Positions 1 to 10,979 of a stretch of 64,000 nt of DNA are shown in pieces. The notes under the pieces were generated by a model. The model made no database searches and was not told the DNA's origin. It saw only the letters and a program-made list of their open reading frames with translations. The stretch is taken from assembly GCA_963823665.1 (NCBI GenBank), contig CAWGMQ010000010.1, positions 1,728,001 through 1,792,000 on the forward strand, given 5' to 3'. Each line of letters opens with the position of its first letter. The first letter of the stretch is position 1. The position numbers and the translations under genes are program-made. This DNA comes from an uncultured Planctomycetota bacterium. GTDB taxonomy: Bacteria; Planctomycetota; Planctomycetia; Isosphaerales; Isosphaeraceae.

Positions 1-627
1 GACAAACAAGTCGGCGGTAAAACTCTCTCCAGTCTCGGTCTGGATCGAGGCGACGGCGCCGGAACTGTCGGTGAGAATTCCCCGCAGCTCGCCATCGTGA
101 AACCGGATTCCTCTCTCTCTCGCCACGGTGCCCAGGAAGCCCGTGAAACGCTGATTCTCGATGTGGTATCCATAAGGAAGGAAATGATGCTCACCTGTCA
201 CCGGATCACGAACGACCGGGCTCTTGTTCCTGCGGATGAGCGCGCTCGAAAGCGCGAGGTCTCGGCCGAGTGCGCCGTAGTAGACTCCGAGTCGTTGAGA
301 CAGGCGATCATCCCGGCGCAGGATCTGCTTGTCGAACGCAAAATTAAAAGAGTTCGTGGCTTCGCTTCCCCACCGTTCGAACCGCAAGCCAACCTTCCAG
401 GTAGGCCAAACGGCTCGATGAAAACGGCCCGGCTCGAGCTCGAGATTCGTGTGCAGGAAGAACGGAATCGCGCCGGTCGTCGATTCTCCCACGCCAATGA
501 TCGGCTTTCGTGTCGACGCGAGAATCCGGACATCAAGCTCTGGAAACCGCGTCTTGAGTGCCAACGCCGCAAGCAAGCCCGCGCTACCTTCGCCCACGAC
601 AACGACCGATGAAATGGGTTTTGGCAT
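1..627 (-). CDS. Tryptophan-halogenase-family flavin-dependent halogenase, N-terminal part (runs off the window start)
   Basis: Manual translation of an ORF missing from the track: MPKPISSVVVVGEGSAGLLAALALK...IIGVGESTT...PYGYHIENQRF...FTADLFV. It has the Rossmann GxGxxG, the GVGEST motif and the YH/ADLFV motifs of the family. Confidence 0.85.
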   Translation of the reverse strand, partial: MPKPISSVVVVGEGSAGLLAALALKTRFPELDVRILASTRKPIIGVGESTTGAIPFFLHTNLELEPGRFHRAVWPTWKVGLRFERWGSEATNSFNFAFDKQILRRDDRLSQRLGVYYGALGRDLALSSALIRRNKSPVVRDPVTGEHHFLPYGYHIENQRFTGFLGTVARERGIRFHDGELRGILTDSSGAVASIQTETGESFTADLFV

Positions 628-810
628 CGTCGGAATGGTTTTCCCATCCGGTGCACGCATGCCAAGGCGTTAGATAATCGCATGCGCGGCGAATTCCTGG
701 AGTTTCAAGCCCCGTCGGAGGAGACTAGCATTTCGATCGGCCCGTTGAAAGAGCCTCTCCTCGCATGGACGGGGCGAGGGAAACCAATACGACACCGAAT
801 TCTTGCATTA

Positions 811-845
811 TCCGTGTTTCATCAGGTTTCATCCGTGGCTAAAAT
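811..845. repeat. Short internally repetitive REP-like element
   Basis: tccgtgtttcatcaggtttcatccgtggctaaaat. It resembles the ccacggatgaa-cacggat repeat class I recall from PVC bacteria. Confidence 0.4.
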
Positions 846-937
846 CTCCGGCGCTCTTCCCTTTCACTTCTCAATTTCCAGCCCGAACGGGTCTTGTCCG
901 CGGCCTGATCCAATCGCCTCCGCGCTGCCGTTTTACC

Positions 938-1001
938 GTGAACCCATGAACCCAGACACCCATTCTCTGGTGAACCCATGAACCCGAACACCCATTCTCT
1001 G
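938..1001. repeat. 32-bp tandem direct repeat x2 downstream of the transposase
   Basis: gtgaacccatgaacccagacacccattctctg (938-969) and gtgaacccatgaacccgaacacccattctctg (970-1001), 2 mismatches. Confidence 0.9.
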
Positions 1002-1308
1002 GAGGGGGTTGCGGGGTTAACCAGGCACACGTGACTTGCACTGGTTCGCGTCCCGCGATTGCTAGGTGCCACACGGCCGACGCCGCGCAGAGCTGGTGCT
1101 GCGCCATGCACTGTCAGCAACGGGATGCGCTCGGTTCGGCGCCGGCGCTTGCACGCGTCGGTTGCTGCGAACCACTCGATACGGACGGCGCTGCTTCGTC
1201 GCTTGCCGCGCCAGCGAAAGAGAACGCCGCTGGCCGGCCTCTAATCCAATCGAATTCCACGTCTGCCGCTACGACTGGGGCTCGCGAGAGAGAGCGCGAG
1301 CCGCTTAC

Positions 1309-2527
1309 TCAAAGAAACGCGATTTGCGCGGCCGCCTTCCCCTGAAACCAGCGCCGTGAACAACGCGGTGCGGCGCGCACAAGCGAACTCGCTCGACCTG
1401 CCGCTTGCTTGAACATGCGACCAAAGTCGCGCACCGTGCGCACCCAATTCGATCGATCCACTCCCAGCCTGTCCAGGATGGGAGCCAGGTCTTCAGGGAT
1501 TGCCCCACGCTTGTCGCGCCGCAGTTCCCGGCCCGTCCAATCGAGCAGCATCACGTACTTTCTGGTCTCGATCGGCAGAAACCCTTGATCCGACGCCCGC
1601 GCAGGGAGCGGCCGTTTTGACGCCGCCTGGCGCGGCACGGTCGAGACCGTGGCAGAAGAGCCAGCACGTGCCCGACGCCCCGCGGTACCGACAAGGTCGC
1701 TCGCGATCGGTTCGCGCGGCGGAACCGTTTGTGACGGTGTAGCCGGCGAGCTCTCGGCCTGCCCGGTTCTGGGAACGACGTCGGTCTCCCGCAGCGTCAG
1801 TTCGCACAGCCAAGCATCCGGGCGATCAAAAGATTCGGCCGGGCTTTCTTCGCGCGATGAACGCAAACCACCCGGAGGTCCAGCAAGGCTCAGAATGCGC
1901 TCACATCCCGACGTGAAGTGCGATTCCTCCGGCGTACTGGCGATTCCGGCCCGAATCGGGTTGAGATCGACATAGACGCTGCACGCCAAAAGCGCTGCCT
2001 CATCGAGTAGCGGCTGCGACTTGAAGCGACCGGCCCAGAATCTGCCTGCCGAGCCGTCCTCGCGATTGGCCGCTCGGGCGACCCATTCGCACAAGCACCT
2101 CATGAACCACGACAGACTCGACAGGCGGCCGCGCAGGGCCGCCATCCTGCCAGCGTCGGCCATGAGCATCGCCAGGTCGTGGTCGTCAGGCTCCGCCGGC
2201 TCACCCGTAACATCGTCACGTTGCGGAAAGAGCTTGCGCCAGCGCAGTGCGACTTCAGCGTCGCACCATTGCTCGACTCTGTCGGGTCGATTGCGGACCA
2301 CGAGATGCAGGTGGTTGCTCATAATGGCATAACCGCACACCTCAACGCCGAACAGTCCGGCGAGAGCGCGTAGCCGATCGAGAATCCATGCCTTTCGGTG
2401 AGAGTAATCACGACCGGAGTAGGAGTCGGTGCCGCACACGAAAGCTCTTCGGACGCACCGAGCAATGCAGTGATAGTCACCGACGAACTCCTCGTGAACG
2501 ATGTCGCGACGTGCAGCAGGCAGGCAC
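1309..2527 (-). mobile_element. HUH/Y1 tyrosine transposase (IS200/RAYT-like, long form)
   Basis: ORF 1309..2439 extends upstream in frame as ARRDIVHEEFVGDYHCIARCVRRAFVCG. Motifs: MSNHLHLV (HUH), FWAGRFKS, YVDLNPIRAG. The likely GTG start at 2527 follows a GGAG and needs one indel. Confidence 0.85.
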
Positions 2528-2559
2528 GTAAAGCTCCATCACCAGGCAGGTGCAGCACG

Positions 2560-3055
2560 TTAGCTTGTCGCCGAAAGCCGTTGCGGTCGTGGTGCCGGCC
2601 CTGCATGCGTAGTTCCACTGCGCCTCGGTGGGTAGCCGGAATTCCCAGCCCTCGGGAAGCTCGTTGGATTTGTGCGCCAGCAGGGTGAGCTTGTGGCAGA
2701 ACGCCTCGGCCTCGGCGAAGTTGACGTTGCCGACGGGGTAGTCGTCGCCTTCGGGCAGCTCGGCCGTCAGCGGGCCGGGGAGCGTTCCGACGACGCGCTT
2801 CCAGTCGCCCTGGGTGACCTCATACTTCCCGGTATAGAATCCCTGGGTGAGCGTGACCTCGACCTGGTCTTCGCTGGGACGCCGCTCTCGCTCGCCGGGA
2901 GGGCTTCCCATCGTGAACTTGCCGGGCGGCCACCAGCAGAGCTCGATGCCGGCGATGGTGCGCTCTTCGCGGGGCTTCTTGCCTGCAAAGTCGTCCGGCG
3001 CGGCGGCGAGGCCGGCGGCGAAAAGGAGCATGATGGTCAATGCGAACAGCCGCAT
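2560..3055 (-). pseudogene. Formylglycine-generating-enzyme (FGE-sulfatase) family secreted protein, 3' truncated
   Basis: Signal peptide, then PPGKFTMGSP, GKYEVTQ and FRLPTEAQWNYACRAG. Homology stops after FGDKL, where the transposase upstream region begins. Confidence 0.8.
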
Positions 3056-3190
3056 GGGAGTCCCCTCAGACCAGATTCGTCGCTCTTGAGGCCGAAGGCA
3101 AGTGCGGAACGGCGGTTCTTGCGGGGGATCTCGCGCAAACGGCCCATCTTTTGTGCGTGGCTGGATTCCGGTCTTCCGGCGCCTCTTAGT

Positions 3191-3219
3191 TTGCGTCCGC
3201 CTCGTCGTTTACTTATAAT
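3191..3219 (+). promoter_or_regulatory. Sigma70-type promoter for the 3306/3629 gene pair
   Basis: TTGCGT (3191-3196), 17 nt, TATAAT (3214-3219). Confidence 0.6.
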
Positions 3220-3305
3220 ATCAGCAGGATTCCGTGATCGGCCCTCCGGCCGCTGGCGATGGTCATGGGAAGCTGTCCGAGCGGGATTGAGTCAGGAGAC
3301 AACAC

Positions 3306-3632
3306 ATGCCGGATACGACTAGCTCGCTGCAAAAGGAAACGGACAGTTTGCTTGAGAAAATGTCCATCGAGAAGCGCGAGTACTTGCTCCGGCGCCTGGC
3401 GACCGACAAACTTGCGGGCGTGCAGTCGTCGGGTCCGATTCCTGTCCTGAGTCCCGATGACGGAACAGTTGTTGGATACCTGCGAAAAGTGGTGCCCCCC
3501 TCGGATCAGGAAATAGCGCTGGTGCACGAACGTGCGAGACGGATGGATCTGTCGGCGGGACGGAGCACGCGCGAGCTTCTCGATCGAATGAGAGCGGGCG
3601 ACGTTGATGGGGTTGAGAAGTTCATCCAGTGA
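3306..3632 (+). CDS. Small hypothetical protein, putative antitoxin
   Basis: 108 aa with an AGGAG RBS. Its stop overlaps the next gene's GTG (GTGA). Confidence 0.55.
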   Translation: MPDTTSSLQKETDSLLEKMSIEKREYLLRRLATDKLAGVQSSGPIPVLSPDDGTVVGYLRKVVPPSDQEIALVHERARRMDLSAGRSTRELLDRMRAGDVDGVEKFIQ

Positions 3633-3915
3633 TTAACGAGTCAGTATCCGCGTCGAGTTCGATCGCGATGGCAACGCGGAGAACGACCTGGCACGATTGT
3701 GGATTTCTGCGGAGCAGGGTGATCGGCAGCGGATCACGGATGCTGCTTTCGATGTAGAAGCGATCCTCGAGCAAAATCCTCACGCAGGCGTTTCAATTAC
3801 AAACGGCGTCAGTCCGCCTGTTCGTCACCTGGACTGGGATATCCTGCGGGTTTTCTACCGAATCGACGATTCACGCGAAACTGTCGTCATCATCAGATTG
3901 TCGCTATCCGGGTGA
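3629..3915 (+). CDS. Putative RelE/ParE-like toxin (5' frameshift)
   Basis: RVEFDRDGNAENDLARLWISAEQGDRQRITDAAFDVEAILEQNP...LRVFYRIDDSRETVVII follows the RelE/ParE pattern. The GTG at 3629 is out of frame by one base. Confidence 0.5.
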
Positions 3916-4132
3916 ATCGTCGTTGGTTGCACGTGCGGCAAGGCGACGCCAGAGGCGGTGGAGCTGCTCTCGGAGATCCTTGATCGGCGCGTCACGAGCC
4001 GGTTGAGAGCGCGCCGCGCAAGGTGAACGGGTCAAGTCGCGTGTCCGGATTCGTACCGGGTTCGATACGGAATTGGCTAAGCACGTCATCACCACGTCGG
4101 ATCGATCAATGCCGCCCGCCTTGACGGGTGCG

Positions 4133-4594
4133 TCACATTCCACTTCCTGTACCATAGGCCAGATCGAATCGCGAGTTTTCGTCTTTCAAGTACATCTCGA
4201 CGAATTCGCTGAAGGAGCGGGCGACTGTTGAGATTTCGTGTCGTTTGTCTTGGTCGTCCCACGAGAAGGCGATCACTGGATGATCGCCGGTTCTGGCGGA
4301 GTCCAGGCGGATGGCGTAGGCGGGCAGGAAAATCGAGTGGTCGGCGAAGATGAAGAAGGAGGGCCCTTCTGCGGTTTGGATGTCTTCGTAACTCGGATCG
4401 TCGGTGATGGTGAAAACTTCTTGGAGAGGCCAGAAACGGAAAAGGTCGTTGTCGTAAGTCATCTCGCCTCCGATACCGTTTACGTGAAGGTAGTAGGTCC
4501 GCATGTCGTCGGGCAGGGTCACGGCGTAATGGGTCTCGAATTGCTGGAGGAGCGCTTCGGCGACGCCAGGCGGAGGGTCGAGGCCCTGGGCCAA
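4133..4594 (-). CDS. SMI1/KNR4 (SUKH) family protein
   Basis: LQQFETHYAVTLPDDMRTYYLHVNG...FIFADH...VARSFSEFVEMYL. The frame stays open to about 4650. Confidence 0.8.
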   Translation of the reverse strand: MAQGLDPPPGVAEALLQQFETHYAVTLPDDMRTYYLHVNGIGGEMTYDNDLFRFWPLQEVFTITDDPSYEDIQTAEGPSFFIFADHSIFLPAYAIRLDSARTGDHPVIAFSWDDQDKRHEISTVARSFSEFVEMYLKDENSRFDLAYGTGSGM

Positions 4595-4893
4595 CCAGTG
4601 CGCCTTCAGGCGTTCGCCGATTCCTTGGGCTTTGACTGGCTCAGTGCTAATTTATGACCTCGATCCAGCCACCCCAATTCTGCTGTCGTGCGTGGGATAT
4701 CATCAACTTCAGGAAGAAGGGGTTATAAGGGACGTTGGACTCAATCGCTGGGCGGTCGAACCGCGTCGTCGATCTTCGTCGTCCGAGCCAAGCCTATTGT
4801 ATTGTCTCACCTACTATCCACGTTCACCATGATTCTTGCCGGAGCGGCGCTATTAGGTCTTCGTTCGTAGGATCTGTGCGCCGTTCGAGCGTG

Positions 4894-5013
4894 TCGGAGA
4901 CCTGCGGTCGCGCGTTCGGCCGGGGTCGGAGACCCGCGCCCAACGTCCGGACGGTGCGCAGCTCGGAGACCTGTGGTCACGCCTTCGGGCGGGGTCGGAG
5001 ACCCGCGCCCAAC
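4894..5013. repeat. Two 51-bp REP-like direct repeats (period 69 bp)
   Basis: tcggagacctg(c/t)ggtc...ggggtcggagacccgcgcccaac at 4894-4944 and 4963-5013. Confidence 0.85.
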
Positions 5014-5461
5014 ATTGCGGCTTCGCCGCGATGGGCTCAATCGTCGTGCGCATCGCCCGCTGCGCCCAGCCGCTGATCTCGCCACCGTGCCTCGCGCAAG
5101 TCTTGCTTGATCTGCGCGTCAAACCTTTCGCTGCATACTTTGGGAGAATCGATTCGTTTGTACTGCCTCCAGATGTCGTTGTTCCTGGGGATTCACCAGC
5201 TTGTCTCCGTCCCACGTCCAGCCCGCATCAAGCAGGCAGCGGATTTCCTCCGGGATCGGCACACCCGCATTGACGAGTTCCGATGCGCGCGGGTACGTCC
5301 CAACCTAGCCGGGCCGCTGCAACCTCGAACTGTCATCCGATATTGCCGGTGTTATCTATACCGCGTACGATGTGACTTGGGCATGGCGATTCGATTTGCT
5401 GAGGGAATTGAAGGCTTCTGGCTATAGTGTGGACGCCAACAAGTTGACCTGAGTCGCTTTC

Positions 5462-5887
5462 TTGCAACGAGGTAAGCACCCGTTTGACTGTTGGTCAAGC
5501 GAACAGAATCTTGCGAAGCGAGCGGCGATAGTGGCAAAAGCAAGAACCGGGGGTCTAGCCCTGCTGCGCCTGAATCTTGGGGGCGAAGGCGAAGACCCAG
5601 ACTGCATTAACCAGCAACCACCGTGGGTTGACCTTACTTGGATAATTGCGAGGACTTCATTACCGCTCAGCACGTTAACACGAGCCGGAGTCCCTCTGCT
5701 GTTTTGCGAGAATACCTGCTTGTGTTTTCCAAATTCAACGATAGATATCGTGATCACTAATGGTGTTCCTGTAGACGTTGGAGTGACATGGTTGGGACCG
5801 TCAATCCCTTCGGGCGAAATAAAGCGTGGTCTCAAGACAGGCGGCTCTTGGTACGACAACGGATCTCTCGTGTATCAGAAACCGTAA
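5462..5887 (+). CDS. Hypothetical protein with a methyltransferase-like fold; possible toxin C-terminal fragment
   Basis: LNLGGEGE (SAM motif I-like), FPNSTIDIVIT and EIKRGLKTGG (motif II/III-like). Lower GC than the flanks; start uncertain. Confidence 0.45.
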   Translation: MQRGKHPFDCWSSEQNLAKRAAIVAKARTGGLALLRLNLGGEGEDPDCINQQPPWVDLTWIIARTSLPLSTLTRAGVPLLFCENTCLCFPNSTIDIVITNGVPVDVGVTWLGPSIPSGEIKRGLKTGGSWYDNGSLVYQKP

Positions 5888-5889
5888 CC

Positions 5890-6312
5890 ATGTTCCATGA
5901 ACTCTTAGACAATGCGGGATGCCTCGAACCGGGGCCATTGCAATCTGCTGCTCGCCAGCAGTTCCCATCAATCGTAAAGAGAAGCCACCTGGAACGTCGT
6001 GTAGTCGGCGACCCCGTCCCTTGTGATGGCAAATACATCATTATTGGAATCGCTAGTTATTCACCGCATGATCTTCGACTACTTGATGAGGTAGACGCCG
6101 CCTATGCTCAATGGAAGGATGTAGCCAAGGTCACGGTGTTTGATCTTATGGAATGCAGAGATATGAGCGACGTGGGGAGATTCTTGTTAAACGCCGTCGA
6201 TGTAAGGCAGACGCCGGTCGTCGAAATCTGGGACGACGGACAACTCGTTACATTCCAGACCGGTTTGCCCATGACGCACAAAGTTTTGCAGAATGCGGGT
6301 CTCTTGAAGTAG
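5890..6312 (+). CDS. Hypothetical protein with a thioredoxin-like pattern; possible immunity protein
   Basis: ATG 3 nt after the upstream stop; IIIGIASYS...VTVFD...QTPVVEIWDDGQLV; low GC. Confidence 0.5.
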   Translation: MFHELLDNAGCLEPGPLQSAARQQFPSIVKRSHLERRVVGDPVPCDGKYIIIGIASYSPHDLRLLDEVDAAYAQWKDVAKVTVFDLMECRDMSDVGRFLLNAVDVRQTPVVEIWDDGQLVTFQTGLPMTHKVLQNAGLLK

Positions 6313-6564
6313 CCGATTGCGCATGTGAAGCTTGTCTAGAACGCCCGTGCATCCGAGCGTGTCTGCAACACCTCGCGTTTTCCCTATTCTGGGTGTGGAT
6401 TTTTGAAAAAAAGTCTATTGCGGGATACCCGAGCGACGACCAAATAATTGGGCAACACCTCGTCCGGCTTCACGATCGAATGGCGACACGGCTCGGAGAA
6501 GCCGAATCGCTGCGGGGCCTTGGACCCGGTTACCCAGCGACAAACGGACTGGAGCGAAAAATCC

Positions 6565-7260
6565 ATGCCACGACGGCGAGCGTTTCGTCCCGCGCTCTCG
6601 AATGTTCTGGAAGGCCGAATCGCCTTGAGCAGCGCAGCAGCCGTAGCCCATAAGTCCTCGGTCGTCGCGGCGGAAACCCAGGCCGCGAGCACCGTAACGA
6701 CCCCGCCATCATACGAGAAGCTGACGACGACCTACGCCAACGGGGATGCCGGCAATATTGTCGGAATTGGCGAGATCCATGGCACGACCGAGACCGCATA
6801 TCGCCTGATCGTGCCGACCGGCACGAACACGACCACGACCACCGACTCGATCGATTTGCCCGGTACCGCCGGTCACGAAACGGTCGTGAACGTGGCGACC
6901 ACGCAGGGCAACACGACGACCGAAAATATCACGACGACGCTGCCGGACGGTTCGACCACGACCGAGACCAGGATCCTCAACACCTACGGCCGCAAGACCA
7001 AAATCGACGCATGGCTCGATTTACCTGGCCTGGGCAATCAGACCACCGTGGGCACCACGGTTCAGAGCGGACCGAAGGCGATCACCACCGAGGTGATCCA
7101 CACGGCCGCCGGCAAGGCTTATCACTACCACCGAGTCGTGACCCATATCAGTCCGCTCGAATCGACCGTCAGCACCACGACCACCGGGCCGAGCGGCGCG
7201 GCTACCAATCACGTGCGGTCAACCACCACGATTACATCGCTGTCGTTGCCGACGACGTGA
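6565..7260 (+). CDS. Thr-rich secreted protein with a planctomycete-type N-terminal signal
   Basis: GGAG RBS, then MPRRRAFRPALSNVLEGRIALS (LEPR-XLL-like), then a strongly Thr-rich beta-type body. Confidence 0.7.
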   Translation: MPRRRAFRPALSNVLEGRIALSSAAAVAHKSSVVAAETQAASTVTTPPSYEKLTTTYANGDAGNIVGIGEIHGTTETAYRLIVPTGTNTTTTTDSIDLPGTAGHETVVNVATTQGNTTTENITTTLPDGSTTTETRILNTYGRKTKIDAWLDLPGLGNQTTVGTTVQSGPKAITTEVIHTAAGKAYHYHRVVTHISPLESTVSTTTTGPSGAATNHVRSTTTITSLSLPTT

Positions 7261-7321
7261 GGGGCCGACTCCTCAGAGGGCGTTCCGCCTCAATCTTGCG
7301 CCGTCCCGATTCGGGCCAACG

Positions 7322-10300
7322 TCACTTTTTCGGTGTCGCCGTCCCGTCCGTGGCGGACGCGGGATGCGGGGAGGCCGTCGGGCTGCCCTTCGAGTCGTGA
7401 TTTGCGTCGAGCCGCTTTCGCCACGCGCCGGCTTCGGCCTTCTTGCCCCAGTCCTCATAGAATTTGACGACGCGGTCGCCTGCCTCTTTGACGTAGCGTT
7501 GATCGGGAGTGGGCATCGCGGACGACTTCGAGCGCAATTCCTCGCAGCCTTTGACCAGCAGCGGCTCGGCCGCGTCGAATTTCCGTTCCATGGCAAGTGC
7601 CGCGCCGAGCAGGCTGCGTGCACACGAGGTCTCCCAGTCGGCGGGCGTCGTTTTCTCTCGGATTGCCAGCAGCTCACGCGCGAGCTTCAGGGCGGCGACC
7701 GCGTCCCCGGAACCGACGTAAGAATGCGTTAATACCATCATCGAGCTCAGAGTGTCGGGGTGGTCGGCGCCGAGCTTAGCTGCTTGCAAGGGAAATGTCT
7801 TTGCGAGCAGTTTGATCGCTTCGCCATAGCGTGCGTTCATGTCATGGAACGAGGCGAGCTCGAAAACGCACAACAGGGTGTCGGGGTTGTCGTCGCCGAG
7901 CTTCTTTTTGTAAAGCGCGAGTGTTTGCTCGAATAAATTCTTCGCGTCAACATCGCGGCCGAGGACCGCGTAGGCGCTGGCGAGATTCATCATGATGTAG
8001 AGCGTATCGGGATGATCCTCGCCGATCTCGGCCTTGTCGATCGCGACCGTTTGCTCGAAGAGCTCGGTCGCCTGCTGTTTCAGGCCGGCGACCATGTAGG
8101 CGCTCGCGAGGTTGCCCATGCATTTGACCGTCTCGGGATGCTTGGCGCCGAGCCTGGACTTGCTGACTACGAGTGTCTTCTCGTAGAGATCGATCGCCGC
8201 GGCGTTTCGATGCGCGCTGTAATAGGCGTTTGCCAGGTTCATCATGCTGATGATGGTGTCGGGGTGGTCGGGGCCGATCGTTGCCTTGCGGATTTCAAGC
8301 ACCTGTTCGTTGAGTGCGATCGACTCGTCGATGCGCCCAGAGGTTCGATAAATCGAGGCGAGGTTGCCCATGTAGTCGATCGTGTGCGGATCGGCCATGC
8401 CCAGGGCGGCCTTGCTGAGTGCGACCGACTGTTTCATCATTTTGATCGACGGCTCGGCTCGGCCGGCATACCAGTAAGCGATCGCAAGTCGGTTCATGCT
8501 CATGATCGTGTCGAGATGGTTCGCGCCGAGCTTCGCGGTCAAGAGCGCAAGCGCCTGCTCTTCCAGTTTGAGCGATTGGTCGAATCGGCCCGCATACCGG
8601 CAGGCGTTGGCCAGGCCACTCATGGCCGCGAGTGTCTCGCGGTTGTCCTCACCCAGCACGCGTCGGCGCAGCGCCCAGGCGCCCTCGTAGAGCGGAATGG
8701 CCTCGTCGTACTTGCCCAGCGCGTTCAGAGTACCGCCGATCGTGATCCGAATCGAGGCCTCGACGAGCGGCTGATCCGGAAACTTGCCGTCGATTTTCGC
8801 GGCAGCCCGACGCACGACCTCCTCGACCGTCACCTGCTTGTCGCGCGCGTTCTTATCCGGCGAGGCTTCCTCAAGCAGATCATGCCGCAGAAAGTCGTTC
8901 ACTCCTTTCGCGATCGCGGCCTCCGATTTCGCTTGCCGCGCCGATTCGCTGGCGAGCGCCTCCGCTTTGAGTGCGCGGGTCGCCTCTGCCCGCGCCTGCG
9001 ACTCGGCGATCAAGGCCCGACTCGCCTCGCCGCGAGCCCTCTTCTCGGCAGCCGTCGCACGCATCGCCTGCCACGCGCTGGCCACCACGCCGATCAACAG
9101 CAACAGCGCGAACGAGCCCGCCGTGATGATCGCGCCGCGGTTCTTGGTCGCGAACTTCCGCAATCGATAGCCACGCGACGGCGGACTCGCTTCGACGGCG
9201 TCGCCCGCGAGGTACCGCTCGATGTCGCGCGCCAGCCCGGTCGCCGACTCGTATCTCCGCGCGCGGTTCTTCTCAATTGCCTTCATCACGATCCAGTCGA
9301 GATCGCCGCGAACAAGCTTCGTCAGCCGCGCCGGATCCGTGTTCCGGACGTCCGATATCGACGTGATTGCGTCTTTCGATTCGACCAATCGCGTCGACGG
9401 GCGCGGCGGATCCTCCTCCCGGATCCGACGCAAGACCTCGCTCAGTCCTTCATCCCGACGGTTTGCGCGATCGAGAGGAGTGGAGCCCGTGAGCAATTCA
9501 TACAGCAACACTCCCAGTGCATAAATGTCGCTTCGCGTATCGATATCCACTCCACCCAGATCGGCCTGCTCGGGACTCATGTACTCCAAGGTGCCGATGA
9601 TCGAACCCAACTGGGTTTCGAGCGTGCGCTCGGTGAGCCGCTGCTCGATTGCCTTGGCGATTCCAAAATCGATCACCTTCGGGACCGGCACGCCGTCCTG
9701 CACGGTCACGAGCACGTTCGAGGGCTTGATGTCGCGGTGAACGATTCCCTTCTGGTGCGCGTGCTGGATCGCCCTGCAGACCGGGATGAACAGCTCCAGC
9801 CGGGCGCGCGGCGAGAGTCGCTCAGAATCGCAATACTCGGTGATTGGAGTCCCCTTGACCAGCTCCATCACGAAGTAGGGCCGGCCCAGCTCCGTCGTGC
9901 CCGCGTCGTGGACTTTGGCGATATTCGCATGGTCCATCAGCGCCAGCGCCTGACGCTCGGCCTCGAACCGCGCGACGAATTGAGTGGAGTCCATTCCCGG
10001 CTTGATGATCTTCAAGGCAACCTGTCGCCGCACAGGACTGTCTTGATCGGCGAGCCAGACGGAGCCCATCCCGCCCTCGCCTAGAGGCGCGACGAGACGA
10101 TAAGGCCCGACCATGCTCCCGATCGCTTCGACGCGCGAAGACGGGCTCGACCGAGCCTCGCGCTCTGGCGGGGGCGTTGCCGTGTGCGTCGCGTCGCGGT
10201 CAATGACGATGTCACTTGTTTCGATGCGGGCCTTGTCATCGAGACGGGCCTCGAGTCGGTGCCGCAGGTCGTGATCCCCGGCGCACGCAACCTGCAAGAA

Positions 10301-10362
10301 TGCAGGCGCGCGGCGACGTCGGCCAGTTTCACGGCCTCGCGAAAGAGTTGATCCTCGGTCAT
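7322..10362 (-). CDS. Ser/Thr kinase with TM helix and ~42-aa TPR (kinesin-light-chain-like) repeats (STK0)
   Basis: GEGGMG, VALK, HRDIKPSN, DFG, a TM segment and GxDHPDT repeats. Start MTEDQLF at 10362, with a frameshift near 10305. Confidence 0.9.
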
Positions 10363-10619
10363 CGCCAGGTCCCCAAAAATCGACTCGCGTTCGCGGCGAT
10401 CAAGGATCTGTTCTTCTTCGGGATGGCGAACGCGGACGACCGCCGGAAGAACGAGGACGACGAACTTGGGGATGTGTGATCGGAACGCGAGGCTGGGCGC
10501 CGGCTCTTTGCGACTTAGGCTCTCCTGGAGCACAGCCTGCGACCGCCCGAGTAGGGCGGGGCTCAGGCGACGGACCTCCGCAATTCGAGTCGCTCCCGGG
10601 TATCGCTTCGTTCGGACTT

Positions 10620-10979
10620 TTGGACCGGCTCACGATAAGTTGACGCAGGCGATCCTTCCAGTAGTCAGGACGCACGGAGATTTCCTCGAGGAACCGGCGT
10701 ACCACGCCCGATGGAGTTTTCCCGCCATTTTCCCATGCGCACCGCGTGAAGCGACACACCGAGGAATTGTGCAAAGAGCGCCTGGCTGAGGCCAAGCATG
10801 CGTCGTACGCCCTCGACATCTTTTCGGGAATACACTTGAGGTTCCAGCTTCAATTTCACCGTGCGCACTGTGTACTTCTTTTCGACAGCACGGCTTCCCT
10901 CCCTGAGAGTGTCGCGGAACTCAGTCAGTGCGCCGACGATTTCAGCTCCGGCTCGGGAGAGCGTTTCGTCTCGCATCAT
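10620..10979 (-). CDS. HTH_XRE antitoxin (HigA-like), frameshifted; 3' end uncertain
   Basis: VRRMLGLSQALFAQFLGVSLHAVR, continuing in another frame as AWENGGKTPSG. Confidence 0.75.

Noticed and set aside
97..683. Listed ORFs 97..612 (+) and 198..683 (-)
   Set aside because: They overlap the halogenase frame, which carries the recognisable motifs.
938..5013. CRISPR array from the 32-bp or 51-bp repeats
   Set aside because: Only two copies each, no spacer series and no cas genes.
6406..6446. A-tract plus TTGCGGG upstream of the Thr-rich secreted gene as a 13th promoter copy
   Set aside because: The position 16 nt downstream reads CAAATA, not CGCAT.
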